DNA of 64,000 bases, taken from positions 62,001-126,000 of IMG/VR virus record IMGVR_UViG_3300028394_002328, one strand, 5' to 3'. The position numbers and the translations under genes are program-made. Below the pieces are notes generated by a model. The model saw nothing but the letters and a program-made list of their open reading frames with translations, made no database searches and was not told the DNA's origin. How positions within the stretch are numbered: the first letter of the stretch is position 1; each line of letters starts with the position of its first letter. Of the stretch, positions 1 to 8,747 are shown one piece after another.

Positions 1-2706
1 CCTAATAAAGAAAATTTTACTATAATAGATAATATTATTGTTGCTCATTTTGACTATAGTTGGCATCCTGACGAAACCGAAGAACTATATGTATATGTAT
101 TTGGTAATAATTATTATCCAGCAGAGATAATGCCAACTGTTCAATACATACCTAAAGGTGCGATAATATCGGCATCAGGTAACCCCATTGAACAAATAAA
201 ATATGTTAGTGGTGTGGTCGCTATACTAGGTGAAAATAAAACCAATTGGATAATACCTAAAGATATTGATCAACCCTCTTTTGATTTTAGTTGGGTTCCG
301 CACCCAAACGATGAACCTTACATATATCAATTTGGTACACAACATCAAAAAACAGGTGGGCCGCAGTATGTACCAACTGCTATACCTAGGTTAGCATCAG
401 GTTCTGCAATTGGTCAGGTTAAATATGTTGATGGTATAAAGGCTAAAAAGCTACCTAATAAAACTAATTGGACTAATCCTAGCAAAGTGGACGTTAGTAC
501 ATTTGATTTCAGTTGGCACCCGGATGATACGTCACCTCCTTACATATATCAATTTGGTACATTATTAGATAGAGAAGATGGACCTAGGTATATGACTCCA
601 AAGACTAATGGAGTGATTGTTTATTTGGAAAAAGTTGAAAAGGAAATTGAGGAAGTAGTAGAAGAAATTGTAAAAGACACTTTTCCCAAATATTATATTA
701 CTACTACACTTGATGATTTAGTAAAACAACATCCAAATGAAATGTTTTGGGCATTAAACCCTGATTTGGATTATAGTGAATTTGATTTTGATTGGAGACC
801 CAATATTGACAGATCACAATATGAGTCTGAATACGTTCATGCATTTGGTTCGAGTGAAAGTGAAAAAACACAAACTTATCTAGTTAATAGTACAATGTGG
901 GAGAAAGGTCTTAGAGAATTAAATTGGGTTGTTGATAAAAAACTTGATGATGAAACCTTGTTTAAAATGTTCAAAAAGCCTGACATATTCTTCGTAGATA
1001 AAAGCAACCTAGAATCTCAAGCAAGGTACGAACAACTTAAAACTAAGTTTCCCAACATACAAAAAACACGTTACCTAAACAGTTGGGTCGATACTATCAA
1101 TCGTTGCATCAACAGGGCAAGTAATAACTTGTGTTGGATATTAAACAGCGAGCTAGACTATACTAATTTTGATTTTGATTATTATCCTAATCCATGGCAA
1201 ATGAAAATGGTCCATGTATTTGGAACACAATGGAGTCATTGGGGAACTACATTCATGATCAACCGTGAGACATTTGCTGAAGATACCAAGTGGATTAAAA
1301 TAATAGAGCATTTGAATAATCTTAATTTCGTAAAAGATAGAACTGCAATTGCTACTGATAATATATATGACATATATGTAGTAGACCATGGTAATAAAGA
1401 AACTGCAAAAGTTGTTCAACAATTAACCAATAAAGCATCAGGTAAATTAGTTAATACTATACCATACTCTGAAAATTATCTACTGACCTTTAAGAAATTA
1501 TTAAAACAACTTCTAGAAAAGAAAGAACACTATATTTGGATATGCAGTAGCATATGTGATTATAGCGATTTTGATTTTAGTTATGTTTGTGATCCTTTTG
1601 CCCGTGAGCAATTACATGTATTTCCTAGCGATAAACAAAAGTTAGGTGATACCTTTTTAGTTAATATTAATAAGTTTCGTGAATTAATTGATAATATGAC
1701 TTTATTAAATGAGTATAATAAAATCAATTATAACCAACATCAAACCGTTAAAAGATTAGATTCACCTACTATAATTACTAATTACGATTCGCATGTATTA
1801 AGTGTAATGGAAGACTTTGACTTCCCGTATGCTGTATTCTTATCAGAAGATAATAAAGATTTAAAAGTTACCGATGAAGAACCAATTAGTTTATGGAGTA
1901 GTGATACTAAGAACATTGTTATTACTAGTACTGGTGGAACAAGAATAGTAGTTCCTAAAGAAGCTAAAAATTATGTAGACACACAATTGTATGATTATCC
2001 CTACATTAAAAAGGCTAGCAGACTTGTGCCAAGTAACACACTAGACATTGTATTTTTAAGTAATGGAGAGCCTAATGCTGATGAAAACTATGAAAACTTA
2101 TTAAAACTAACTCGTGGTTTACCGAATAAAGTTACTAGAATAGAAGGGATAAATGGTAGAGTAGCCGCTTATCATAAAACAGCAGAGGCTAGCCAAACTA
2201 ATTGGTATTTTGTTGTTTGGGGTAAACTATTTGTTAATCCAAAATTTGATTGGTCATGGCAACCTGATAGATTACAAATTCCTAAGAATTATATATTCCA
2301 TGCTAAAAATCCATTAAATGGGTTAGTATATGGACATCAATCAGTTGTTGCATATAATAAAAAATTGGCATTATCTACTAAAGGTAATCAATTAGACTTT
2401 ACTATGGAAAGCCCACATCAGGTAGTACCTATATTATCAGGGACAGCCAATTATAATAGTGATGCATGGACTACATGGAGAACTGCATTTAGAGAGTGTA
2501 TTAAACTTAGATATGATAATACTGAAGAAAGTAAAAATAGATTAAAAATATGGTTAACTACCGCTAATGGAAATTTTGCAGACTTTAGTATTCAGGGTGC
2601 TAATGACGCTATAGAATACTTTGATAGTGTGGATGGTGAGTATTCTAAACTCAAATTGAGTTATGAATGGGATTGGCTGAGAGAAAAGTTCCAAAAATTT
2701 GACTAA
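1..2706 (+). CDS. Large repeat-containing glycosyltransferase-like protein, 5'-truncated by the window edge
   Basis: The frame is open from base 1 (PNKENF...HFDYSWHPDETEELYVYVFG...), so the true start is upstream of 130. It carries at least 7 degenerate FD(F/Y/W)xW/YxP...F(G) repeats and a C-terminal DIVFLSNGEPNADENY domain resembling phage GT-A-like proteins. Confidence 0.55.
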   Translation, partial: PNKENFTIIDNIIVAHFDYSWHPDETEELYVYVFGNNYYPAEIMPTVQYIPKGAIISASGNPIEQIKYVSGVVAILGENKTNWIIPKDIDQPSFDFSWVPHPNDEPYIYQFGTQHQKTGGPQYVPTAIPRLASGSAIGQVKYVDGIKAKKLPNKTNWTNPSKVDVSTFDFSWHPDDTSPPYIYQFGTLLDREDGPRYMTPKTNGVIVYLEKVEKEIEEVVEEIVKDTFPKYYITTTLDDLVKQHPNEMFWALNPDLDYSEFDFDWRPNIDRSQYESEYVHAFGSSESEKTQTYLVNSTMWEKGLRELNWVVDKKLDDETLFKMFKKPDIFFVDKSNLESQARYEQLKTKFPNIQKTRYLNSWVDTINRCINRASNNLCWILNSELDYTNFDFDYYPNPWQMKMVHVFGTQWSHWGTTFMINRETFAEDTKWIKIIEHLNNLNFVKDRTAIATDNIYDIYVVDHGNKETAKVVQQLTNKASGKLVNTIPYSENYLLTFKKLLKQLLEKKEHYIWICSSICDYSDFDFSYVCDPFAREQLHVFPSDKQKLGDTFLVNINKFRELIDNMTLLNEYNKINYNQHQTVKRLDSPTIITNYDSHVLSVMEDFDFPYAVFLSEDNKDLKVTDEEPISLWSSDTKNIVITSTGGTRIVVPKEAKNYVDTQLYDYPYIKKASRLVPSNTLDIVFLSNGEPNADENYENLLKLTRGLPNKVTRIEGINGRVAAYHKTAEASQTNWYFVVWGKLFVNPKFDWSWQPDRLQIPKNYIFHAKNPLNGLVYGHQSVVAYNKKLALSTKGNQLDFTMESPHQVVPILSGTANYNSDAWTTWRTAFRECIKLRYDNTEESKNRLKIWLTTANGNFADFSIQGANDAIEYFDSVDGEYSKLKLSYEWDWLREKFQKFD

Positions 2707-2757
2707 ATATACAGAAGGTGATATACTGTATTCATCGGTAACACAACGGAGTTCAAC

Positions 2758-3012
2758 ATGAAACGAGTTCTTGGTCTTGTCGTAGCGTTAGGTCTTGGTG
2801 CAAGTGCTACTGGTTGCGCCAGTCATCAGGTTGCCCCCGCCCTCGTAGGAGCGGTGGTTGGAGTAGCGGTTGCAGATGCGGCTTACCGTCGTCCTGTAGT
2901 GGTTCAAGGTCCTGTTATTATTCAACAACGTCCGTATCCTACAAATTATAATCGTCAGCCAATTTATGTGTGTGACTACTACAGTATCCCCAATCGTTGT
3001 TTTTGGCAATAA
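2758..3012 (+). CDS. Small secreted/lipoprotein-like hypothetical protein
   Basis: GGAG RBS, signal peptide ending in ...ASATGC (lipobox-like), glycine-zipper-like GAVVG and PVVVQ segment. Confidence 0.6.
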   Translation: MKRVLGLVVALGLGASATGCASHQVAPALVGAVVGVAVADAAYRRPVVVQGPVIIQQRPYPTNYNRQPIYVCDYYSIPNRCFWQ

Positions 3013-3026
3013 TAGGAGGTCGTACA

Positions 3027-3347
3027 ATGAAAACAAAAATTCTAGCCGCTGTGCTAGCCATGTCTCCACTAAGTGGCATGGCTCAACACCATCATGGTAT
3101 GAGACATTTTGACCATCATCAACACCATAGAGGTGGATGGGGTTGGGTAGCACCAGCCGTAATTGGTGGTGCTGTAGTATATGGACTAACCCGCCCTGCA
3201 CCAGTAATCGTTCAACAACCGCCAGTTTATATTCAACAATCTACTATAGTAGACTCATCACAGGTTGTAATCATTGATGGGGTATCTTACATTAAACAAG
3301 CCATGGTTATCAATGGAGTAACACAAGAGGTATTGGTACGCCAATAA
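3027..3347 (+). CDS. Small secreted His/Gly-rich hypothetical protein, paralog-like to 2758..3012
   Basis: AGGAGG RBS before ATG 3027, signal peptide, HHHHRGGWGW, then IGGAVV and PVIVQQPPVY. Confidence 0.65.
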   Translation: MKTKILAAVLAMSPLSGMAQHHHGMRHFDHHQHHRGGWGWVAPAVIGGAVVYGLTRPAPVIVQQPPVYIQQSTIVDSSQVVIIDGVSYIKQAMVINGVTQEVLVRQ

Positions 3348-3353
3348 TAAACA

Positions 3354-3503
3354 ATGCTTAAATTTCAATTGTGGGTTAGAATTAACGACTATCAAACTGT
3401 TCATACTGTAGTTTGGGCTAGTAATGCATGGGAAGCCAAACTGTTAGGTGAAGCGCAGTATGGTGCGGGTAATGTGTTGAATTATACGCAGATAGATGAA
3501 TAA
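3354..3503 (+). CDS. 49-aa hypothetical protein (not in ORF track)
   Basis: ATG 3354 to TAA 3503, MLKFQLWVRINDYQTVHTVVWASNAWEAKLLGEAQYGAGNVLNYTQIDE; it exactly fills the gap between neighbours. Confidence 0.6.
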   Translation: MLKFQLWVRINDYQTVHTVVWASNAWEAKLLGEAQYGAGNVLNYTQIDE

Positions 3504-3509
3504 CCTATA

Positions 3510-4661
3510 ATGAATAATTTTATAGTTTATAACCCATCAACTTTGGATGGGACAGTATACAATATATTTTTTAATATTTTTGGTAGATATACAGATATCG
3601 TAGAAGATGTTAAACTGTTTAGTGGTATTTCAGTCTTAACATTAAGAGAAGATTTATTGTTAACAAAAAATCCACTAATGTTTAATTATTATGAAATTTA
3701 CATGTACAGAAAATCTAAAGGGTTACCTACAAAAATTATCATTGATTGGTCATTAGAGGGTCAATGTCATAATTCAAGTTTATCAACTTTATTCAAGGAA
3801 AACGAACTTAATATTGATAAAGATATATTATTTGTACATAATGATTCTTCTAATAGAATTTGGGTTCCGTTTAATATTGGACAACAGTTAACTATTGATT
3901 ACCATGCATTAGATGCATATAAAAGGTGTATTATTACCTCTAGCAATTTGACCGATACTACTTTAATTAAAGATAGAAAAAATGGATTAAATTTATTAAT
4001 AGGTAAACTTAAAACAAAACACGCTAGATTTTTAGCGGCGTATTATTTTTACAAACATGATCTACTTGATAATACTATTTTAGGTTTACATGTACTACCA
4101 GAAGATATTTTAGCAAGAATGAAACAATATCCTAAGTACGATGATATAGATTTTTATAACAAAATTATACCATTAATAGGACCAGCGGATTCAGTTTCTA
4201 AAATACACGATACGGATGAAGGTTGTACAGCAGAAGATGGCGGGTGGCCATTTGATCCAAACATATTTAAAAATTCTAGTATAAGCTATGTTTGTGAAAC
4301 CTATGATATTGACAAAGGAATTTTTCCATACTTAGTGACAGAAAAATTTTATAGGTCTATTATTAATAAACATCCGTTTGTAGTGCAAGCCGGTTCAGGT
4401 CAATTAAACACTGTTAAATCTTTGGGGTTTGAAACCTTTTCATCTATCATTGATGAAAGTTATAATTATTATGATGTTCTTGATTATTCACATGTTGAAA
4501 AAACTGTATTAGCCGCAAAGGATTTTTTATCAAAACTACCTAATAATGCTGATAAAATACAAGAAATTGTAGACTATAATTATAATCGTTGGCTATCAAG
4601 AAGTAAGGATGAATATGATAAGACTACTGATTTTTTTATCAGATTTATAAATAATCAGTAA
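3510..4661 (+). CDS. Hypothetical protein with glycosyltransferase-like (GT-B/GT10-like) C-terminal half
   Basis: Motif TEKFYRSIINKHPFVV...LGFETFSSIIDESY resembles the C-terminal lobe of fucosyltransferase-like proteins; judged by eye only. Confidence 0.4.
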   Translation: MNNFIVYNPSTLDGTVYNIFFNIFGRYTDIVEDVKLFSGISVLTLREDLLLTKNPLMFNYYEIYMYRKSKGLPTKIIIDWSLEGQCHNSSLSTLFKENELNIDKDILFVHNDSSNRIWVPFNIGQQLTIDYHALDAYKRCIITSSNLTDTTLIKDRKNGLNLLIGKLKTKHARFLAAYYFYKHDLLDNTILGLHVLPEDILARMKQYPKYDDIDFYNKIIPLIGPADSVSKIHDTDEGCTAEDGGWPFDPNIFKNSSISYVCETYDIDKGIFPYLVTEKFYRSIINKHPFVVQAGSGQLNTVKSLGFETFSSIIDESYNYYDVLDYSHVEKTVLAAKDFLSKLPNNADKIQEIVDYNYNRWLSRSKDEYDKTTDFFIRFINNQ

Positions 4662-4681
4662 ATAAAAGTATTGTTGTAAAA

Positions 4682-4980
4682 GCCGTGAGGAAAGAAGCAA
4701 GTCAAAAGACGGGCAAGACGGGGGTGCGAATCCCCCCACCTCCACCAAAAGCATACTAGAGTGACGCTGGGGAAGAGTAATAGGCAGCGGTTAATAAATC
4801 TTCCAAGTATGCTTCTGATGGGGGTGACTAGAATCGATTGACGGATGAGTAGATGAGTGGACAACACGAGAGGCGATGGACGTAATCCAAGCAAAATCTA
4901 TAAATGCCAACGATGAGGTATTTTCTTTAGCCGCATGAGGCTGAGACGGAGTAGGACAGACTCTGTAAAATAACCAACCT
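4682..4980 (+). ncRNA. ssrA: Circularly permuted (two-piece) tmRNA gene
   Basis: The acceptor piece ends GGGGG-TGCGAAT-CCCCC (T-arm, 4720-4736) CACCTCC-A-CCA (4737-4747). After a 72-nt intervening segment, GGGGGTG at 4820-4826 pairs with CACCTCC, giving G3:U70. The tag ORF at 4906-4938 reads ANDEVFSLAA-stop, and a terminator follows. The outer ends are approximate. Confidence 0.93.
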
Positions 4981-4981
4981 G

Positions 4982-5009
4982 TAATAGGCCCGCAAGGGCC
5001 TATTATTTT
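4982..5009 (+). terminator. Rho-independent terminator after tmRNA
   Basis: TAATAGGCCC-GCAA-GGGCCTATTA 10-bp stem followed by TTTT. Confidence 0.85.
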
Positions 5010-5036
5010 GTTGTTTTTTCGCAACAAACCCAAAAT

Positions 5037-5065
5037 TTGACATTAATTCGGCATAAGCGTATACT
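5037..5065 (+). promoter_or_regulatory. sigma70-type early promoter
   Basis: TTGACA, 17-nt spacer, TATACT. Confidence 0.85.
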
Positions 5066-5095
5066 ATATCTATAGTGAGAAACAAGGAGAGCGAA

Positions 5096-5467
5096 ATGAG
5101 CGAACTGACTTACAAGACTTGGGAAGAGTACACTCCGCTTGAGCAGGCCGCAATGACCTACTGGGACATGTACAAGGACGCTTACAATTTCCGCCCCCGT
5201 AGTGTAGACACGTCCACATGGACGCTGGCCGACTTCCAAAAGGAGTTCGAAACCCTTCAGTTTATCATCGACCGTGATGAGGCCCAGCGTATCGAGGACG
5301 AGGCTGCGGCTGTGACTCGGTTCGAAGCCCGTATTGCTAGCATCATCCAACTTGGTGCTCGGGACCGTGCAATGGCTCTGCGTTGGATTCACGAGGCTGA
5401 GGACACCGGCGGCGACGATGAGTACCTCTGCTACACGGTTGGCATCCCTTATGGATACTTCAAATGA
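5096..5467 (+). CDS. Hypothetical early protein
   Basis: AAGGAG RBS before ATG 5096, downstream of a strong promoter, GC-richer codon usage. Confidence 0.75.
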   Translation: MSELTYKTWEEYTPLEQAAMTYWDMYKDAYNFRPRSVDTSTWTLADFQKEFETLQFIIDRDEAQRIEDEAAAVTRFEARIASIIQLGARDRAMALRWIHEAEDTGGDDEYLCYTVGIPYGYFK

Positions 5468-5577
5468 CATTCACTTTAACTACCCCAACCGGTAAGGTCA
5501 TGCGGTTCTATTTGCAGGCTATGGCCGAGTTGTATCAGGAAATTTATCAAAGCACAATCACTAAGGTTTCTGCTTGA
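5464..5577 (+). CDS. 37-aa hypothetical protein (not in ORF track)
   Basis: ATGA overlap with the upstream stop; MTFTLTTPTGKVMRFYLQAMAELYQEIYQSTITKVSA. Confidence 0.45.
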   Translation: MTFTLTTPTGKVMRFYLQAMAELYQEIYQSTITKVSA

Positions 5578-5602
5578 CATTAATTCAGGCAGTTGCTATA
5601 AT
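5574..5602 (+). promoter_or_regulatory. sigma70-type early promoter
   Basis: TTGACA, 17 nt, TATAAT with extended TG. Confidence 0.85.
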
Positions 5603-5636
5603 CTTTTTATCGTAGTTTTTTCAACAGGAGTAAGAA

Positions 5637-6737
5637 ATGGCTCAAGTATCTGACAATCTCACCGTTACTAGTGTTCAGGCCCGTAAAGCAATTCTCAAGG
5701 CTTTCAAGGTCAAGCGTCCCGTGTTTCTCTGGGGCCCTCCCGGAATCGGTAAGTCTGAGGTTGTTTCCGAAATCACCGAGGAGCTTGGTGGTTTTATGAT
5801 TGATTTGCGTATGGCGCAAATGGAACCCACTGACATTCGTGGTATTCCCTTCTTCAACAAAGACATTGGCAAGATGGACTGGGCGCCCCCGGTTGATCTT
5901 CCTGACGAGGAACTTGCTAGTCAGTATCCTATCGTCTGTCTATTCTTGGACGAGATGAACTCGGCTGCGCCTGCTGTACAGGCTGCAGGCTATCAGTTGA
6001 TTCTCAATCGCCGTGTTGGTAAGTACAAACTTCCTGACAACGTGGTTATTGTTGCGGCAGGTAACCGTGACAGTGACAAGGGTGTTACTTATCGTATGCC
6101 GATGCCCCTTGCTAATCGGTTCTTGCATATTGAAATGCGTCCTGATTTCACTTCGTGGCAGAACTGGGCAGTTAACAAAGGCATCCACAAGGATGTGGTT
6201 GGTTATCTGTCATTCGCTAAACAGGATCTCTATGACTTTGATTCAAAGTCCTCTAGCCGCGCATTTGCTACTCCCCGTAGTTGGTGCTTTGTCAGCGATT
6301 TGCTGAATGATGAAGAGGACACGGACTCTGATACCCTGTTCAACTTGGTTGCAGGTTCTGTTGGTGAAGGTCTTGCTGTTAAGTTTATGGCACACCGTAA
6401 GGTTGCAGGTCAGATGCCCGAGCCTAGCGACATTCTCGCAGGTAAGGTCAAGGAACTCCGTGTCAAGGAAGTGTCGGCAATGTACTCCCTCACGATTAGC
6501 CTGTGCTATGAATTGAAGGATGCGCTTGACAACAAGCGTGTATCTAACAAACAGTTCCATGAAATGGCTGATAATTTCTTCAGTTACATCATGGCTAACT
6601 TTGAAACTGAGTTGGTCGTAATGGGTGCAAAGGTCGCTCTGAAAACTTATCGTCTTCCGATCGAACCCAGTCAGTTGAAGCATTTTGATGACTTCCACAA
6701 GAAATACGGCAAGTACATTGTAGAAGCAGGTAACTGA
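5637..6737 (+). CDS. MoxR-like AAA+ ATPase
   Basis: Walker A GPPGIGKS, Walker B FLDEMN, sensor AAGNR, arginine finger ANRF; adjacent to a VWA gene. Confidence 0.85.
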   Translation: MAQVSDNLTVTSVQARKAILKAFKVKRPVFLWGPPGIGKSEVVSEITEELGGFMIDLRMAQMEPTDIRGIPFFNKDIGKMDWAPPVDLPDEELASQYPIVCLFLDEMNSAAPAVQAAGYQLILNRRVGKYKLPDNVVIVAAGNRDSDKGVTYRMPMPLANRFLHIEMRPDFTSWQNWAVNKGIHKDVVGYLSFAKQDLYDFDSKSSSRAFATPRSWCFVSDLLNDEEDTDSDTLFNLVAGSVGEGLAVKFMAHRKVAGQMPEPSDILAGKVKELRVKEVSAMYSLTISLCYELKDALDNKRVSNKQFHEMADNFFSYIMANFETELVVMGAKVALKTYRLPIEPSQLKHFDDFHKKYGKYIVEAGN

Positions 6738-6740
6738 TCA

Positions 6741-6764
6741 AAGGGGAGGCAACTCCCCTTTTTT
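6741..6764 (+). terminator. Rho-independent terminator
   Basis: AAGGGGAG-GCAA-CTCCCCTT followed by TTTT. Confidence 0.8.
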
Positions 6765-6767
6765 CAT

Positions 6768-6796
6768 TTGCAATTAAATACGGTATATGTTACAAT
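6768..6796 (+). promoter_or_regulatory. sigma70-type promoter
   Basis: TTGCAA, 17 nt, TACAAT, directly after the terminator. Confidence 0.6.
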
Positions 6797-6824
6797 ATAG
6801 CATATATACGATAAAGGAGTAGGT

Positions 6825-8108
6825 ATGAGCGAAGTAATTGCCCCGACTAAAAAGCGTAAACGCAGTAAAAAATTTGAGAACTTGGTCGGTCCTACCGACG
6901 CTAAAGTAGACTTCAATGCCCGTGAGCGGTTGGTAACTGCCCGCATTGGTCTGCTTCTCCGTCATTCATTCTTTGGTAACCTTGCGACCCGTATGCAACT
7001 GGTTAACGCCGATGAATGGTGTAGTACAGCCGCTACCGACGGCTTGAAATTCTATTACAATTCTCGGTTCATTATGATGCTCAAGCCTAAAGAAGTTGAA
7101 TTCTTGGTTGGGCATGAAGTACTACATGTGGTCTACGATCATATCGGTCGTCGAGGCACCCGCGATCCCCAGCTTTGGAATATTGCTGATGACTACGCCG
7201 TTAATGCCGACCTGAAACGGCACAAGGTCGGTGAGTTTATCAAAACAGTTCCTTGTTTGTATGAAGCAAAGTACGACGGTAAGTCTGCCGAAGAAATCTA
7301 TGATGACCTTTATGAGAAGGCAGAAAAGATTAACGTCGAGGATCTTATCGACCAAATGATTGATGATCATATGGAAGGTGAAAGTCAAGGCGAGAGTGAC
7401 GGCGAAGAGGTTGACGGTAGTGGTAAGGTTAAAGGTCGTCCTAAGATGAGCCCTGAGGAGCGTGAGCGTGTCCGTCAGGAAGTCAAGCAGGCTATCATCA
7501 ATGCCGCACAAGGTGCAGAAGCAGGTTCTGTTCCTAAAGGTGTTGAGCGGTTGATCAAGCATCATACTAACCCAGTTATGCCTTGGCGTGAATTGATTCA
7601 AACTAATTTGACAAGTGCTATTCGTACCGACTTTAGTTTCATGCGTCCTAATCGTCGCGGTTGGCACATGGATGCTATCATGCCTGGTATGACCCCGGGT
7701 GAAGAAATTGATGTTGTAGTTAGTCTTGATATGTCAGGGTCTATCACTGATAAACAAGGACAGGCATTCTTGGGTGAGATTGCAGGTATGATGGATGCCT
7801 TTGACGGATACAAAGTACATGTATTCTGCTTTGATACAGAGACTTATAATCCGCAAGACTTCACTAGCGAGAACATGGACACAATTGATTCATATGAACC
7901 AGTTGGTGGAGGTGGTACTGACTTTGATTGTGTCTTTGGTTATCTTAAAGAAAATGCAATTGTACCCAAACGTTTGATTGTGTTCACGGATGGCTACCCT
8001 TGTGGTAGTTGGGGAGATCCTGATTATTGTGATACGACATGGATCATTCACGGTGATAAGGATCCTAATCCCCCGTTTGGTACATTCGCAATTTATGACG
8101 AGAAGTGA
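6825..8108 (+). CDS. Metallopeptidase-like plus VWA domain protein (DUF2201-like), MoxR partner
   Basis: HEVLH zincin motif, MIDAS DMSGS, GGGGTDF and VFTDG. Confidence 0.85.
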   Translation: MSEVIAPTKKRKRSKKFENLVGPTDAKVDFNARERLVTARIGLLLRHSFFGNLATRMQLVNADEWCSTAATDGLKFYYNSRFIMMLKPKEVEFLVGHEVLHVVYDHIGRRGTRDPQLWNIADDYAVNADLKRHKVGEFIKTVPCLYEAKYDGKSAEEIYDDLYEKAEKINVEDLIDQMIDDHMEGESQGESDGEEVDGSGKVKGRPKMSPEERERVRQEVKQAIINAAQGAEAGSVPKGVERLIKHHTNPVMPWRELIQTNLTSAIRTDFSFMRPNRRGWHMDAIMPGMTPGEEIDVVVSLDMSGSITDKQGQAFLGEIAGMMDAFDGYKVHVFCFDTETYNPQDFTSENMDTIDSYEPVGGGGTDFDCVFGYLKENAIVPKRLIVFTDGYPCGSWGDPDYCDTTWIIHGDKDPNPPFGTFAIYDEK

Positions 8109-8343
8109 CCTGATATATGAATCCCCCGATAAGGGGGAAACTATATATGCTAGAAAAGCGGGATCTACAGAAAGGGTGTTAATATCAATGAGTGAAAAGG
8201 CTTGGTCTCGTATCAATGAACAAGAGCAAGCCGAAGTTTGGAAAGATATTAGAGGATTGGCAAAAACCAATCCATCATTGAATGATGTATTGGATAGGTT
8301 GTTAGTAGTTTATAATCTTATTAAAAAAGAAAATTCACTATGA
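8095..8343 (+). CDS. Hypothetical protein
   Basis: In-frame ATG at 8095 (MTRSDLIYESPDKGETIYARK); tightly packed with neighbours. Confidence 0.6.
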   Translation: MTRSDLIYESPDKGETIYARKAGSTERVLISMSEKAWSRINEQEQAEVWKDIRGLAKTNPSLNDVLDRLLVVYNLIKKENSL

Positions 8344-8747
8344 TGTATATTGGTGGTAGTTTGGGCGGCTGCTTACAGAGTATCCTAAGGGGCGAAGTGT
8401 CCGAGGACCAAGTTTTGATGATTATTACTAGGACTAAGTGTGAAACCTATGAGCAATATGTTGGGGTAATTAAGTTATATTATGATGACGGTAATCAATA
8501 CGCTAGGAATTCTCAAAGGTACGACTTCTCAAGATTTGATTTTGAAACCGTTATGGAATTGGCTTCCAAACTTTACAATTCAGGCAGGATTCATCAACCT
8601 AGATTATACTCAGAGGGTGAGTATTTACCTATTACCTTTGCTTTTCGAGACCTTTGGTTAGAAGTAGTGCCAACCAATACAAATTCTTCACCTGCAGTAG
8701 TAGAGGCGTATGAAAAATATAAAATGCTAGATACACTAACACGATAA
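8340..8747 (+). CDS. Hypothetical protein
   Basis: Overlapping start/stop with neighbours, 135 aa. Confidence 0.65.
   Translation: MMYIGGSLGGCLQSILRGEVSEDQVLMIITRTKCETYEQYVGVIKLYYDDGNQYARNSQRYDFSRFDFETVMELASKLYNSGRIHQPRLYSEGEYLPITFAFRDLWLEVVPTNTNSSPAVVEAYEKYKMLDTLTR

Noticed and set aside
4711-4747. tRNA-Ala gene
   Set aside because: A T-arm and CCA are present, but there is no D-arm or anticodon arm upstream. The matching 5' strand lies downstream with a tag ORF, so it is a permuted tmRNA.
4812-4835. Hammerhead ribozyme core at CTGATG
   Set aside because: The motif is CTGATGG rather than CTGATGA, no correctly placed GAAA or helices follow, and the bases belong to the tmRNA 5' end.
4655-5033. 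Minus-strand ORFs 4655..4894 and 4791..5033
   Set aside because: They are antisense to the tmRNA, with no RBS or protein-like features.
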